Source: an uncultured Solirubrobacterales bacterium (lineage in GTDB: Bacteria; Actinomycetota; Thermoleophilia; Solirubrobacterales; 70-9). Taken from it: 64,000 nt of DNA. The notes beneath the pieces are model-generated. The model saw only the letters and a list, made by a program, of their open reading frames with translations. It was not told the DNA's origin and ran no database searches. Positions 42,549-51,884 of this stretch are shown here, one piece after another; the first letter of the stretch is position 1; every line of letters begins with the position of its first letter. The DNA is taken from positions 306,743 through 370,742 of the forward strand of contig CAWBNH010000006.1 of assembly GCA_963790085.1 (NCBI GenBank), written 5' to 3'. Made by a program: the position numbers and the translations under genes.

Positions 42549-42621
42549 CGCAGGCGATTCTAGAGAAGGCGCGTGGGCGGCAGCGGGTCCCGCGCCCGCG
42601 GCGCGCTACGCTCGCTGCCAG

Positions 42622-43281
42622 ATGGGCGACGAGAAGATCGAGGTGGTCCTCGCCGACGACCACGCCGTGGTGCGCAGCGGCCTGCGCCTGGTGCTGGAGT
42701 CCGAGCCGGACCTCAGCGTCGTCGCCGAGGCGGAGGACGTTGACGGCACGCTGCGCAAGGTGATGGCCTACAAGCCGACGGTGCTCGTCCTCGACATCAA
42801 CATGGCCGGGCGCTCGAGCCTCGACGAGCTGGCGGAGATCCGCGCCGCGTCGCCCGAGACGAGGATCGTCGTGCTGACCATGCAGAAGGAGACCGCCTAT
42901 GCGCGCGAGGCGCTCCGGGCCGGGGCGAGCGGCTATCTGCTCAAGGAAGCGGCCGACACCGACCTCGTCGAGGCCGTTCGCTCGGCGGCATCGGGGCGCA
43001 GCTACGTGCAGCCCACGATCGGTGCCCAGCTTGCCTCCGAGCCGCACGAGGACTGGCCGCCGGACGGGCTCAGCGACCGTGAGGCAGAGGTCCTGCGCCT
43101 GATCGCACTCGGACATACGAACAAGGAGATCGGCGAGAAGCTGTTCCTCAGCGTTCGCACCGTCGAATCCCACCGCGCCCACATCCAGCAGAAGCTCGGC
43201 CTGCAGACCCGCGCCGAGCTCGTCGCCTACGCGCTCGACCGGGAGATGATCGGGGCGCAGGACGGGCTCGGGAGCCCCTAG
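42622..43281 (+). CDS. NarL/LuxR-family response regulator (DosR/DevR-like)
   Basis: The receiver has 'VVLADDH', 'VLVLDINM', 'VVLTM' and 'YLLKE'. The LuxR HTH is 'LSDREAEVLRLIALGHTNKEIGEKLFLSVRTVESHR'. Confidence 0.9.
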   Translation: MGDEKIEVVLADDHAVVRSGLRLVLESEPDLSVVAEAEDVDGTLRKVMAYKPTVLVLDINMAGRSSLDELAEIRAASPETRIVVLTMQKETAYAREALRAGASGYLLKEAADTDLVEAVRSAASGRSYVQPTIGAQLASEPHEDWPPDGLSDREAEVLRLIALGHTNKEIGEKLFLSVRTVESHRAHIQQKLGLQTRAELVAYALDREMIGAQDGLGSP

Positions 43282-44501
43282 CCCGGGTCCAGCCGCCGGT
43301 CCTCGATCGGCAGACGCATCCGCACCGTGGCACCGCGGCCGGGCGCCGACTCGATCGCGATCGACCCCCCGGCGAGCTCCGCCCGCTCCCTCATGCCGAC
43401 GATCCCGAAACCGAGGTCGGCGGACTCGGGGTCGAATCCGCTGCCCTCGTCACTGACGCGAAGCTCGACGTCGTCGCCGCGCGGAGCGAGCCCGACCCGG
43501 ATCCGCTCCGCGAGCCCGTGGCGGATCGCGTTGGTTATCGCCTCCTGGGCGACCCGATAGACGGCGATCTCGACCGCCCCGTCGAAGCGCCCACGCAGGT
43601 TCCGGTCGGTCTCGACCTCGATCCGAACACCCTTGCTGCGGGCCTCCACCCGACGCGCCAGCCCGTCGAGGGCGGCCGCGACCCCGAGCCGGTCGAGCGA
43701 GTCGGGGCGGAGGTCGCTGATCAAGGCGCGCATCGCGGCGATCTCCGCGTCGATCTGCTCGAGGGCTCGATCGACCGCGGACACCAGGCCCCCGTCGCCG
43801 AGGCGGCGGCCGCCGGCGAGCATCAGCCGGATCGCCGCGAGCCCCTGCAGGGACTCGTCGTGCAGCTCCCGGGCCCACTGCAACCGCTCCTGCTCGGCCG
43901 CGTCCATCGTCAGCCGCAGCCGCTCGGCGGCAACGGAGCGGGCGTTGTCGATCGCGATCGCCGCCCACTCGGCCAGCACCACCGTCGCCGCCTGATCGGC
44001 CTCGTCGAAGGGGACCGACCCGGCCTTCTCGGTCAGATAGAGATTGCCCCAGGGCTCGCCGTGGATCACCACCGGGACGCCGAGGAAGCCATGCATCTCG
44101 GGGTGCCCCTCGGGGAACCCGAGAGAGCTGGGATGGGTCGCGACGTCGTCCACCCGCAGCGGTCTCGGCTCGTCGATCAGCACACCGAGGACGCCGCGGC
44201 CGGTCGGCAGGTCGCCGATCCGCGCCCGGGTCTCGGCGTCGATTCCCCGATAGATGAAGCTGGCGAGGCCGGTGCGGTCCTCGTTGAGGACGCCGATTGC
44301 CGCGTAGCGGGCCCCGGTGATCTCGACCGCCGTCTCCAGCACGCGGCCGAGCAGGCTGTCGAGATCGAGATCCGCGACCAGCTGCCGCCCGGCGCGGAGC
44401 AGACGTCGCAGCGCATGTTCGTCGAGGTGGGCCTCCACCCTGAGGCAGCGTAGAGGCAATCGAACCGCGAGGCCGGCGGATAGGTAATTCTCCGATGGCA
44501 T
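43278..44501 (-). CDS. GAF-domain sensor histidine kinase (HisKA_3 + HATPase_c; DevS/DosS-like)
   Basis: The GAF domain has 'GARYAAIGVL...GFLGVPV...WGNLYLTEK'. The H-box is 'ARELHDESLQ'. The ATPase domain has 'VSDEGSGF...GFGIVGMRERA'. The ATG start at 44501 is uncertain. Confidence 0.85.
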   Translation of the reverse strand: MPSENYLSAGLAVRLPLRCLRVEAHLDEHALRRLLRAGRQLVADLDLDSLLGRVLETAVEITGARYAAIGVLNEDRTGLASFIYRGIDAETRARIGDLPTGRGVLGVLIDEPRPLRVDDVATHPSSLGFPEGHPEMHGFLGVPVVIHGEPWGNLYLTEKAGSVPFDEADQAATVVLAEWAAIAIDNARSVAAERLRLTMDAAEQERLQWARELHDESLQGLAAIRLMLAGGRRLGDGGLVSAVDRALEQIDAEIAAMRALISDLRPDSLDRLGVAAALDGLARRVEARSKGVRIEVETDRNLRGRFDGAVEIAVYRVAQEAITNAIRHGLAERIRVGLAPRGDDVELRVSDEGSGFDPESADLGFGIVGMRERAELAGGSIAIESAPGRGATVRMRLPIEDRRLDPG

Positions 44502-44552
44502 TCGCGGAATCAAGCGGATGGAGCCGGCCGCCGCCGCCCGTAGCTTCGATTC

Positions 44553-45017
44553 GTGATCAATCGGTCCGAGCGCGGAGATGCGGGCCGCTCGAGCGGGCTC
44601 GGCGGCCGCAAGCGACGCCGCCGCGGCGGTGGATCGTCGCAGGCGCCGATCCGCGTCGGGCTCGTCGATGACCACGCCTCGGTACGGCGGGCGATCGGCA
44701 ACCTCCTATCGGGAGAGCAGGGCATCGAGGTTGCGGGGGAGGCCGAGACGATCGAGGGGGCCTTGAAGATGGTCAGGGACGACGCGCCTGACGTGGTCTT
44801 GCTCGATCTCGGCCTGCGGGACGGTCATTCGCTGCCGGCGATCCCGGCATTGACCGATGCCTCGCCCGGCCTCGAGGTGATCGTGCTGGCCATGCACGAC
44901 GAGCCGGGGTTCCGCGCCGGCGCCATGCGGGCCGGGGCCGCCGCATACCTGCTCAAGGACGCTCCCCCCTCGGTGCTGATCGAGACGATCAGCGCCACCC
45001 AGGGCCAGGACTCCTGA
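44553..45017 (+). CDS. stand-alone receiver-domain response regulator (no output domain)
   Basis: The GTG at 44553 is the only in-frame start I could find. After a basic 33-aa leader come 'VGLVDDH', 'VVLLDLGL' and 'YLLKD'. The protein ends right after the receiver fold. Confidence 0.7.
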   Translation: MINRSERGDAGRSSGLGGRKRRRRGGGSSQAPIRVGLVDDHASVRRAIGNLLSGEQGIEVAGEAETIEGALKMVRDDAPDVVLLDLGLRDGHSLPAIPALTDASPGLEVIVLAMHDEPGFRAGAMRAGAAAYLLKDAPPSVLIETISATQGQDS

Positions 45018-45056
45018 GCCGCCAGGGGCAGGGTCCGCGGCCAGCGTCCGGCTACC

Positions 45057-46997
45057 TCAGCCGCGCAGCACCCGCAGCGCGTTGAGGATCACGGCGACGT
45101 CGATCACCTCCTGCAGCAGGGCGCCCGCAACCGGGGTCAGGTAGCCGAATGCCGCGAACCCCATCGCGATGCCGCTGAGGCCCATGCCGGCGATGATTCC
45201 CTGGCGGGCGACCCGCAGCGAGCGCCTGCCGATCCGGATCGCATCGGCGATCCGATCGACGCGGTCGACGGTCAGCACGGCATCGGCCGACTCGCTGGCC
45301 GCCGTCGCCCCGCGAGCGCCCATCGCGATCCCGACATCGGCCAGCGCCAGCGCCGGGGCATCGTTCACCCCGTCACCGACCATCACCACGGCGCCCCCGC
45401 CGAGCTCGCGCTCGTCCCGCACCAGCTCCAGCTTGCGCTCGGGCGAGCACTCCGCGTGCACGTCGGTCAGCCCAACCGAGGCCGCGACCCGCTCGGCGAC
45501 GCGCCGATCGTCGCCGGTCACCAGGACGAGACGATCGAGCCCCGACTCGCGGACCGCCGCGATCATCTCCGCGGCGTCATCGCGCAGCGGGTCGGCGAGC
45601 TCGATCGTACCCGCCGGCTGACCGTCGATCGCAACGGAGACCGTCGCCGAGCCCGCGGTCCGGTGCCGCACGCTCTCGGCGAAGTCCGCGTCGCCGGCGT
45701 CCGCGACCCTGTCCTCGACCCAGGCAAGCCGGCCCAAGACCACACGGTGCCCATCGACCGTGCCCTCGATTCCCTGACCCGGCTCCTCGTCGGTGTCGGC
45801 CGGGGTGCTGAGCTCGAGGCCGCGCCCGCGGGCGGCCGCCGCGAGCGACTCGGCCAGGACGTGGGCCGAGGCCTGGTCGAGCGAAGCCGCGTAGAACAGC
45901 AGGCGATCGGGATCGACCCCATCGAGCGGCGCGATCCGGCTGATCTGCGGTTCGCCCTTGGTCAGCGTTCCCGTCTTGTCGAGCAGGATCGTGTGGGCAG
46001 CGCCTAGCGCCTCGATCGCGCCGCCCCCCTTGACGACGATCCCCCGGCGGGCGGCACGCGATACGCCTGAGATGATCGCTATCGGCGTCGCGAGGATCAG
46101 CGGGCACGGCGTCGCGACGACAAGCACGGCGAGTGCCCGGACCTGGTCACCGGAGCCGATCCAGGCGGCCGCGGCGACGATCAGCGTGACCGGCAGGAAG
46201 ATCACCGCGTAGCGGTCGGCGAGCCGGACGAACGGAGCCCGCTCGCGCTCCGCCGAGCGCACGAGGCGGACGATCCCGGCATAGGTGCTGTCGGCTGCGG
46301 TGCGCGTCGCCGCGACGTCGATCGGGCTGCCGAGGTTGAGCGTCCCACTGCGCAGGATCTCGCCCGGCGAGACCGAGACCGGCAGCGACTCGCCGGTCAC
46401 CGCTGACTCGTCGATGCTCGTCGCGCCCGATTCGATCAGGCAGTCGGCCGGCACGACCTCGCCGCTGCGAATCATCAGCCGATCGCCGGGCGCGATCAGC
46501 TCAGCGCCGATCTCCTCCAGGCCCGAGTCGGTGTAGCGATGCGCAACCCGCGGGGCGTGCTCGAGCAGAGACCGCAGCTCTCGCTTGGCCCTGCCTGCGG
46601 CGTAGTCCTCCAGCGCGTTGCCCCCCGAGAGCATCAGCGCCACCACCGCACCGGCGAGGTACTCGCCCATCGCGAGGGCGGTAGCCATCGCGAGAAGTGC
46701 GATCGCATCGACCCCGGGATCCCCCCGCATCAGGCTGCGGCCGACGTCCACCGCCAGCGGCACGAGGACGATCGCCGTGACCACGGCCCAGACAGCATCG
46801 GCGGCGCTCGCGTCACCGGCGAGCGCCAGGGCGCCGCCGACGGCGATCGCCACCGTGGCGAGCAGCGCCAGGACCCACGGCTCTCTCAACCGCCTCAGGT
46901 TCACCCGCTGATCATCCCCCAAGCGCGGGACGCGGGGCTCCGTAGGCCTTACGGGGGGCGGCTCCGCGGCGATCCCCGATGACATCGCGACGGCCAC
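45057..46997 (-). CDS. P1B-type heavy-metal-translocating ATPase, 'TPCP' TM motif, no N-terminal metal-binding domain
   Basis: 'DKTGTLT', 'TGES' and 'MVGDGVNDAPAL' are present. TM motif 'ATPCPLILATP'. The C-terminal TM has 'LLQEVIDVAVILNALR'. No CxxC HMA domain is present. Confidence 0.9.
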   Translation of the reverse strand: MAVAMSSGIAAEPPPVRPTEPRVPRLGDDQRVNLRRLREPWVLALLATVAIAVGGALALAGDASAADAVWAVVTAIVLVPLAVDVGRSLMRGDPGVDAIALLAMATALAMGEYLAGAVVALMLSGGNALEDYAAGRAKRELRSLLEHAPRVAHRYTDSGLEEIGAELIAPGDRLMIRSGEVVPADCLIESGATSIDESAVTGESLPVSVSPGEILRSGTLNLGSPIDVAATRTAADSTYAGIVRLVRSAERERAPFVRLADRYAVIFLPVTLIVAAAAWIGSGDQVRALAVLVVATPCPLILATPIAIISGVSRAARRGIVVKGGGAIEALGAAHTILLDKTGTLTKGEPQISRIAPLDGVDPDRLLFYAASLDQASAHVLAESLAAAARGRGLELSTPADTDEEPGQGIEGTVDGHRVVLGRLAWVEDRVADAGDADFAESVRHRTAGSATVSVAIDGQPAGTIELADPLRDDAAEMIAAVRESGLDRLVLVTGDDRRVAERVAASVGLTDVHAECSPERKLELVRDERELGGGAVVMVGDGVNDAPALALADVGIAMGARGATAASESADAVLTVDRVDRIADAIRIGRRSLRVARQGIIAGMGLSGIAMGFAAFGYLTPVAGALLQEVIDVAVILNALRVLRG

Positions 46998-47051
46998 CTA
47001 GCTACCGTGCCCGTGAGACCCGACCGGCGGCCGACGAGCAGAAGGGAAACC

Positions 47052-47930
47052 GTGACCGAGAGGATCATCATCGCCGTCGACGGCCGGCCCGAGTCGCGGG
47101 ACGCGGTCCAGCTCGCGTCCGAGCTGGCCGCTCCTATCGGTGCCGAGCTCGACGCTGCCGCCGTCCTCGACTACAGCCCCCTGCCGATCGACCTCGAGCC
47201 GTACGAGGTCGCCCTGCGCGATCACTTCGAGCGGATCTTCGAGCAGGTCACGGCGCAGGCGCCCAGGGTGACCTACACGGCACACCGCCTGACCGGACCC
47301 TCGCCGGCGGGTGCCCTGTCGGCGCTCGCTGAGGAGCTCGAGCCGATCATGGTCGTGCTCGGCTCCACCCACCGCGGCCGGGTCGGTCGCGTTCTCCCGG
47401 GGTCACTGGGAGATCGGCTGCTGGGCGGCGGCCCATCCCCGGTGGCGATCGCGCCCCGCGGCTATGCCGAGAGCACGCACGCCCTCGAGCGGATTGGCGT
47501 CGGCTTCGACGGCCGCGGGGAGTCGGCCGTCGCCCTCGCCTTCGCCGCCGGAGTCGCCGAGTCGCTGGGAGCCGGGCTGCGCCTGATCGCCGTCCTCCCC
47601 CCGCCCAGCTCGACGCTCGAGGCGATCGTCGCACCGCTCGGCTACGAGGAGGCGCTGCGCGAGCGGCTCGAGGGCGCATTGGCCGAAGGCGCGGCGGCCT
47701 TCCCCGCAATCGAGACCGAGACCTCACTGCTGGCAGGCGATCCGGCCGCGACGCTCGCCGCCGAGAGCGAGGATCTCGACCTGATCGTCGTCGGATCGCG
47801 CGGCTACGGGCCGCTCCGGCGCGCCCTGCTCGGCAACGTCAACTCACAGCTGACCCGTGAGGCGGCCTGCCCGACGATCGTCGTGCCGCGGGCCTGGAGC
47901 GGGCCCGCATCGGAGCCGGCGGGCACCTAG
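47052..47930 (+). CDS. tandem-domain universal stress protein
   Basis: GTG at 47052 after GAAGGGA. Two UspA modules are present: 'IIIAVDG...VVLGSTHRGRVGRVLPGS' and 'IGVGFDG...IVVGSRGYGPLRRALLGNVNSQL'. Confidence 0.85.
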   Translation: MTERIIIAVDGRPESRDAVQLASELAAPIGAELDAAAVLDYSPLPIDLEPYEVALRDHFERIFEQVTAQAPRVTYTAHRLTGPSPAGALSALAEELEPIMVVLGSTHRGRVGRVLPGSLGDRLLGGGPSPVAIAPRGYAESTHALERIGVGFDGRGESAVALAFAAGVAESLGAGLRLIAVLPPPSSTLEAIVAPLGYEEALRERLEGALAEGAAAFPAIETETSLLAGDPAATLAAESEDLDLIVVGSRGYGPLRRALLGNVNSQLTREAACPTIVVPRAWSGPASEPAGT

Positions 47931-47960
47931 GCGCCGCGGCCCGCGGCGATCGCAGAGCCG

Positions 47961-48539
47961 ATGGAGGGATACCTGCTCGCAGCGGCGACCGTCTTCGCGG
48001 TCAACCTCCTGCCGGCCTTCGGGCCGCCGACCTGGGCCGTGCTCGTCCTCCTGCAGGTCAACCTCGGCCTCGAGCCGGCCGCGCTCGTCCTGATCGGCGC
48101 CGCCTCGGCCGCCTGCGGCAGGCTGCTGCTCGCGCTCGGGGCGCGACGGATGCGGGGTCGGATGTCGGCGGAGCGGCTCGAGAACCTCGACCTGGTGGCG
48201 GCGGAGTTGAGCGCGAGTCGGGCGCGAGGCCTGGGCGCGCTGGCCCTCTTTCTGATCTCACCGCTTCCCTCTGCCCAGCTCTTCATCGGTGCCGGGCTGC
48301 TCGATGCGCCCCTGCGACCGCTGCTCGCCGCTTTCGTGGTCGGTCGGCTGGTCGCGTACTCGATCTACGTCGGGCTGGCGACGGTCGCCGCCGACAACCT
48401 CGGCGCGCTGCTCGGCGAGACGCTCGGCTCGCCTCTCGGGATCGCGCTTCAGCTGCTGATGCTCGGCGGGCTCGCAGCGCTGGTCAAGGTCGACTGGGCC
48501 CGAGTCCTTCGGGGCCGCAGGCCCGCCGGCCATCCGTAG
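47961..48539 (+). CDS. polytopic membrane protein (DedA/YqaA-like)
   Basis: 192 aa with 4-5 hydrophobic helices. The N-terminus is 'NLLPAFGPPTWAVLVL'. The family assignment is tentative. Confidence 0.5.
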   Translation: MEGYLLAAATVFAVNLLPAFGPPTWAVLVLLQVNLGLEPAALVLIGAASAACGRLLLALGARRMRGRMSAERLENLDLVAAELSASRARGLGALALFLISPLPSAQLFIGAGLLDAPLRPLLAAFVVGRLVAYSIYVGLATVAADNLGALLGETLGSPLGIALQLLMLGGLAALVKVDWARVLRGRRPAGHP

Positions 48540-48563
48540 GAACTGCGGTCCCGATTCGCGACA

Positions 48564-49778
48564 TTGACCCGAGGGCCGCGCGGGCGGACGATCTATTCTG
48601 GAGCCCTGGAGTCGCCGACCACCACGGATCGGAGAGAGAGACTGCCAACCACGAGCTCCCCCAGAACGCTGCAGCGCGACGACTTCGACCTGCTGCTCGA
48701 GGCGATCCGGGCGGCCGGCTATGAGGTGATCGGTCCGCGGGTGGCATCCGGGGCGATCGAGCTCGGCCCGATCGCCCGCGCTGCCGAGTTGCCGATCGGG
48801 GTCACCGAGCAGCAGGACGGCGGCACGTACGCGCTCAGCGATCGTGGCGATCGGGCGTTGTTCGGCTTCTCGACCGGGCCGCAATCGTGGAAGCGCTACC
48901 TCCACCCCCCGGTCCTGAGCCTGTGGAGATCGCGTCGCGACGCCGACGGGCGTCTGGAGATCGAGGCGGAGCCGCAGGACGCTCCCCGGCGCGCCTTCCT
49001 GGGAGTGCGCTCCTGCGACCTGCACGCGATCGCCGCCCTCGACGACGCGCTCCTTTCGATCGAGCATCCCGACGACGGCTACCGGGCGCGGCGCGAGTCC
49101 ACCTTGATCGTCGCCCTCAACTGCAGCACCGCCGGCGGCACCTGCTTCTGCGTCTCGACCGGAACCGGGCCGCGGGCCAGGTCCGGCTACGACCTGGCGC
49201 TGACCGAGGTGACCGACGGTGACGCCCACTACTTCGTGATCGCCGCCGAGAGCGAGGAGGGCGAACTAATCCTGGCAGCCCTGCCGACGGCCGAGGCAAG
49301 CGAGCAGGAGCTCGCGGGAGCCGAGCGCGTGGTCGCGGGCACGGCGGCGAGCATGGGTCGTGAGCTCGAGACCGACGGGCTCGCCGAGCTGCTCGGCCGG
49401 AATCTCGAGCATCCTCGCTGGGGGGAGGTTGCCGATCGATGCCTGAGCTGCGGCAACTGCACCAGCGTCTGCCCGACCTGCTTCTGCACCGACGTCGAGG
49501 ACACGGTCGACCTCACCGGCGAGACGGCCGAGCACCGTCGCCGCTGGGACTCGTGCTTCACCCTCGACTTCTCCCATCTACACGACGGCAGCGTGCGCCA
49601 ATCGGTGGGCTCGCGATACCGGCAGTGGATGACCCACAAGCTCTCGACCTGGAACGAGCAGTTCGATCACAGCTCTGGCTGCGTCGGCTGCGGGCGTTGC
49701 ATAACGTGGTGCCCAGTGGCGATCGACATCACCGAGGAGGCGGCAGCAATCCGCGCGACCGACGGGGCAAGAACATGA
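48564..49778 (+). CDS. hyhB: [NiFe] hydrogenase group-3b-like beta subunit (4Fe-4S dicluster protein, HyhB/AsrA-like)
   Basis: The cluster motifs are 'CLSCGNCTSVCPTCFC' and 'CVGCGRCITWCPVAI'. The stop overlaps the next start (ATGA). The TTG start at 48564 is uncertain. Confidence 0.75.
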   Translation: MTRGPRGRTIYSGALESPTTTDRRERLPTTSSPRTLQRDDFDLLLEAIRAAGYEVIGPRVASGAIELGPIARAAELPIGVTEQQDGGTYALSDRGDRALFGFSTGPQSWKRYLHPPVLSLWRSRRDADGRLEIEAEPQDAPRRAFLGVRSCDLHAIAALDDALLSIEHPDDGYRARRESTLIVALNCSTAGGTCFCVSTGTGPRARSGYDLALTEVTDGDAHYFVIAAESEEGELILAALPTAEASEQELAGAERVVAGTAASMGRELETDGLAELLGRNLEHPRWGEVADRCLSCGNCTSVCPTCFCTDVEDTVDLTGETAEHRRRWDSCFTLDFSHLHDGSVRQSVGSRYRQWMTHKLSTWNEQFDHSSGCVGCGRCITWCPVAIDITEEAAAIRATDGART

Positions 49779-50269
49779 GAGAGATCAGCGAGCTGCTCGA
49801 GGAGATCGAGGTCCTGCAGGGGCTCGAACCGGCGGACCGCGACCTGGTCGCCGGCTGCGGAGTAAACGCGGTCTTCGGCGACGGCGACTACCTGATTCGG
49901 GAGGGCGAGCCCGCCACCACCTTCTTCGCGATCCGGCACGGCACGGCCGCGGTCGAGATCGCGACCCGCTCGGGGTCGCCGCTGGTGATCGAGACCCTGC
50001 ACCAGGGGGACGTGGTCGGCTGGTCGTGGCTGTTCGAGCCTCACCGGAGCCGCTTCGACGTCAGGGCGGTCGGTGATCTCCGGGCGATCGCCTTCGACGG
50101 TGCCTGCCTGCGCGGCAAGTGCGAAGCCGATCACGATCTCGGCTTCGAGCTGATGGGCCGCTTCGCACGGCTGATCTGCGAGCGCCTACAGACGACGAGG
50201 CTGCGGCTGCTCGACGTGTACGGAAGCCCGGTGGGAGGGGCCGTGGGCGCCGGGGGCGGGGACCCTTGA
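49775..50269 (+). CDS. stand-alone cyclic-nucleotide-binding-like domain protein embedded in the hydrogenase operon
   Basis: The ATG at 49775 gives 164 aa. The cNMP-like beta-roll is 'FGDGDYLIREGEPATTFFAIRHGTAAVE...GDVVGWSWLFEPHRSRFDVRAV'. There is no HTH. 4-nt overlaps occur on both sides. Confidence 0.75.
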   Translation: MREISELLEEIEVLQGLEPADRDLVAGCGVNAVFGDGDYLIREGEPATTFFAIRHGTAAVEIATRSGSPLVIETLHQGDVVGWSWLFEPHRSRFDVRAVGDLRAIAFDGACLRGKCEADHDLGFELMGRFARLICERLQTTRLRLLDVYGSPVGGAVGAGGGDP

Positions 50270-51087
50270 CGGCGCTGATCCCGTCGCCCTACAGGGTGGC
50301 CGCCAGCCGCGAGGAGACCGACGACACCCAGACGCTGGAGCTCGTGCCGGTGGAGGGCGAGCGCATCCCCTACGAACCGGGCCAGTTCACGATGATCTAC
50401 GGCTTCGGGGCGGGCGAGGTGCCGATCTCGATCAGCGGCGACCCTGGAGTCGCGGGGACCCTCGTCCACACCGTGCGGGCAGTCGGCCCGACCACCGAGA
50501 TGCTCTGCGCACTCTCGGTCGGTGACGAGGTCGGAATCCGTGGCCCCTACGGGCGCGGCTGGCCCGGCCCCGAGCGCGACGGGGACGACCTCGTCCTGGT
50601 GGCCGGCGGCCTCGGCCTGGCGCCGCTGCGGCCGGCGATCTACCGCGCCCTCGCCGAGCGGGAGCGGTTCCAGCGCCTGGTCCTTCTCTACGGCGGACGC
50701 GAGCCGGACCAGCTGCTGTTCCGCGACGAGCTCGAGGAGTGGGCCGACGGCGAGCAGATCGAGTGTGAGGTGATCGTCGACGCCGCCCGCCCCGGTTGGC
50801 GGGGCCGGGTGGGGGTCGTCCCGAGCCTGATCGAGCGGCTCGACCTGGAGCCGGAGCGCACGACCGCCCTCGTCTGCGGACCTGAGGTGATGATGCGCTA
50901 CGCCGCTGCGGCGCTGCTCGAGCGCGGGATCGCCCCGCGGCGCCTGCACCTCTCGATGGAGCGCAACATGCGCTGCGCCGTCGGCCACTGCGGCCACTGC
51001 CAGTGGGGAAGCTCGTTCATCTGCCGGGACGGTCCGGTGCTCGACTGGGCAACCGTCGGCCCGCGAATCGGGGTGCGGGAACTGTGA
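50266..51087 (+). CDS. hyhG: hydrogenase gamma subunit (FAD/NAD(P)-binding oxidoreductase with C-terminal 2Fe-2S)
   Basis: The TTG at 50266 forms a TTGA overlap. 'LVLVAGGLGLAPLRP' and 'RCAVGHCGHCQWGSSFICRDGPV' are present. Confidence 0.8.
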   Translation: MTALIPSPYRVAASREETDDTQTLELVPVEGERIPYEPGQFTMIYGFGAGEVPISISGDPGVAGTLVHTVRAVGPTTEMLCALSVGDEVGIRGPYGRGWPGPERDGDDLVLVAGGLGLAPLRPAIYRALAERERFQRLVLLYGGREPDQLLFRDELEEWADGEQIECEVIVDAARPGWRGRVGVVPSLIERLDLEPERTTALVCGPEVMMRYAAAALLERGIAPRRLHLSMERNMRCAVGHCGHCQWGSSFICRDGPVLDWATVGPRIGVREL

Positions 51088-51884
51088 GAGAGCGCCCGAG
51101 GCCAAAGCTGGCCGTCTGGAAGTTCACCTCCTGCGACGGCTGCCAGCTTCAGATCCTCAACCTCGAGGATGAGCTGCTGGTGCTCGCCGATGCGGTCGAG
51201 ATCGCCCACTTCACCGAGGCAACCCGGGGAACGCTCGACGGGCCCTACGAGATCTCGATCGTCGAGGGATCGATCTCGACGCCGGAGGAGGTCGAGCGGA
51301 TTCGTGCGATCCGCGACGCGTCCTCGACCTTGATCGCGATCGGCGCCTGCGCGAACGCCGGCGGGATTCAGGCGCTGCGCAACTTCGCAAGGCTCGATCA
51401 GACCCTGTCCGCCGTCTACGCGACGCCCGAATACGTCTCCGCGCTGGAGAGCTCACTGCCGATCAGCTCGGAGGTCGAGGTCGACTTCGAGCTTCAGGGT
51501 TGCCCGCCCGACCCCGCACAGCTGCTCGAGGTGCTGGGCGCCTACCTCGAGGACCGGCGGCCGCGGATCAGCTCCCGCTCGGTCTGCATGGAGTGCAAGG
51601 AGAGAGGCAACACCTGCGTGATGGTCGCAGGCGGCACGCCCTGTCTGGGTCCGATCACGCACGCGGGCTGCGGCGCGATCTGTCCGGCCTATGCACGCGG
51701 CTGCTACGGCTGCTTCGGCCCCAAGGAGACCCCGAACCCGCCGTCGCTGAGCGCCTGGTGGGGGCGTCTCGGTGTCTCCGATGCGGACCTCGAGAGCGCC
51801 TACAGGCACATCAACGGCTTCGCACCCGAGTTCGCCGACGAGGCGGCGGCGATCGCCGGCCGCGACCGGGAGGGTCAGACATGA
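51084..51884 (+). CDS. hyhS: [NiFe] hydrogenase small (delta) subunit
   Basis: The GTG at 51084 forms a GTGA overlap. 'KFTSCDGCQ', '[11 protein letters not shown]' and '[11 protein letters not shown]...[15 protein letters not shown]' are present. Confidence 0.85.
   Translation: MRERPRPKLAVWKFTSCDGCQLQILNLEDELLVLADAVEIAHFTEATRGTLDGPYEISIVEGSISTPEEVERIRAIRDASSTLIAIGACANAGGIQALRNFARLDQTLSAVYATPEYVSALESSLPISSEVEVDFELQGCPPDPAQLLEVLGAYLEDRRPRISSRSVCMECKERGNTCVMVAGGTPCLGPITHAGCGAICPAYARGCYGCFGPKETPNPPSLSAWWGRLGVSDADLESAYRHINGFAPEFADEAAAIAGRDREGQT

Noticed and set aside
42583-42593. A search by eye for the mycobacterial DosR box (GGGAC-n-GTCCC-type 20-mer) in island promoters. Only weak palindromes were seen: gcgggtcccgc at 42583..42593 and cgggataagtacccg at 63807..63821.
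   Set aside because: Neither matches the DosR consensus spacing, and they do not resemble each other. This is insufficient to call an operator and needs statistical motif discovery.
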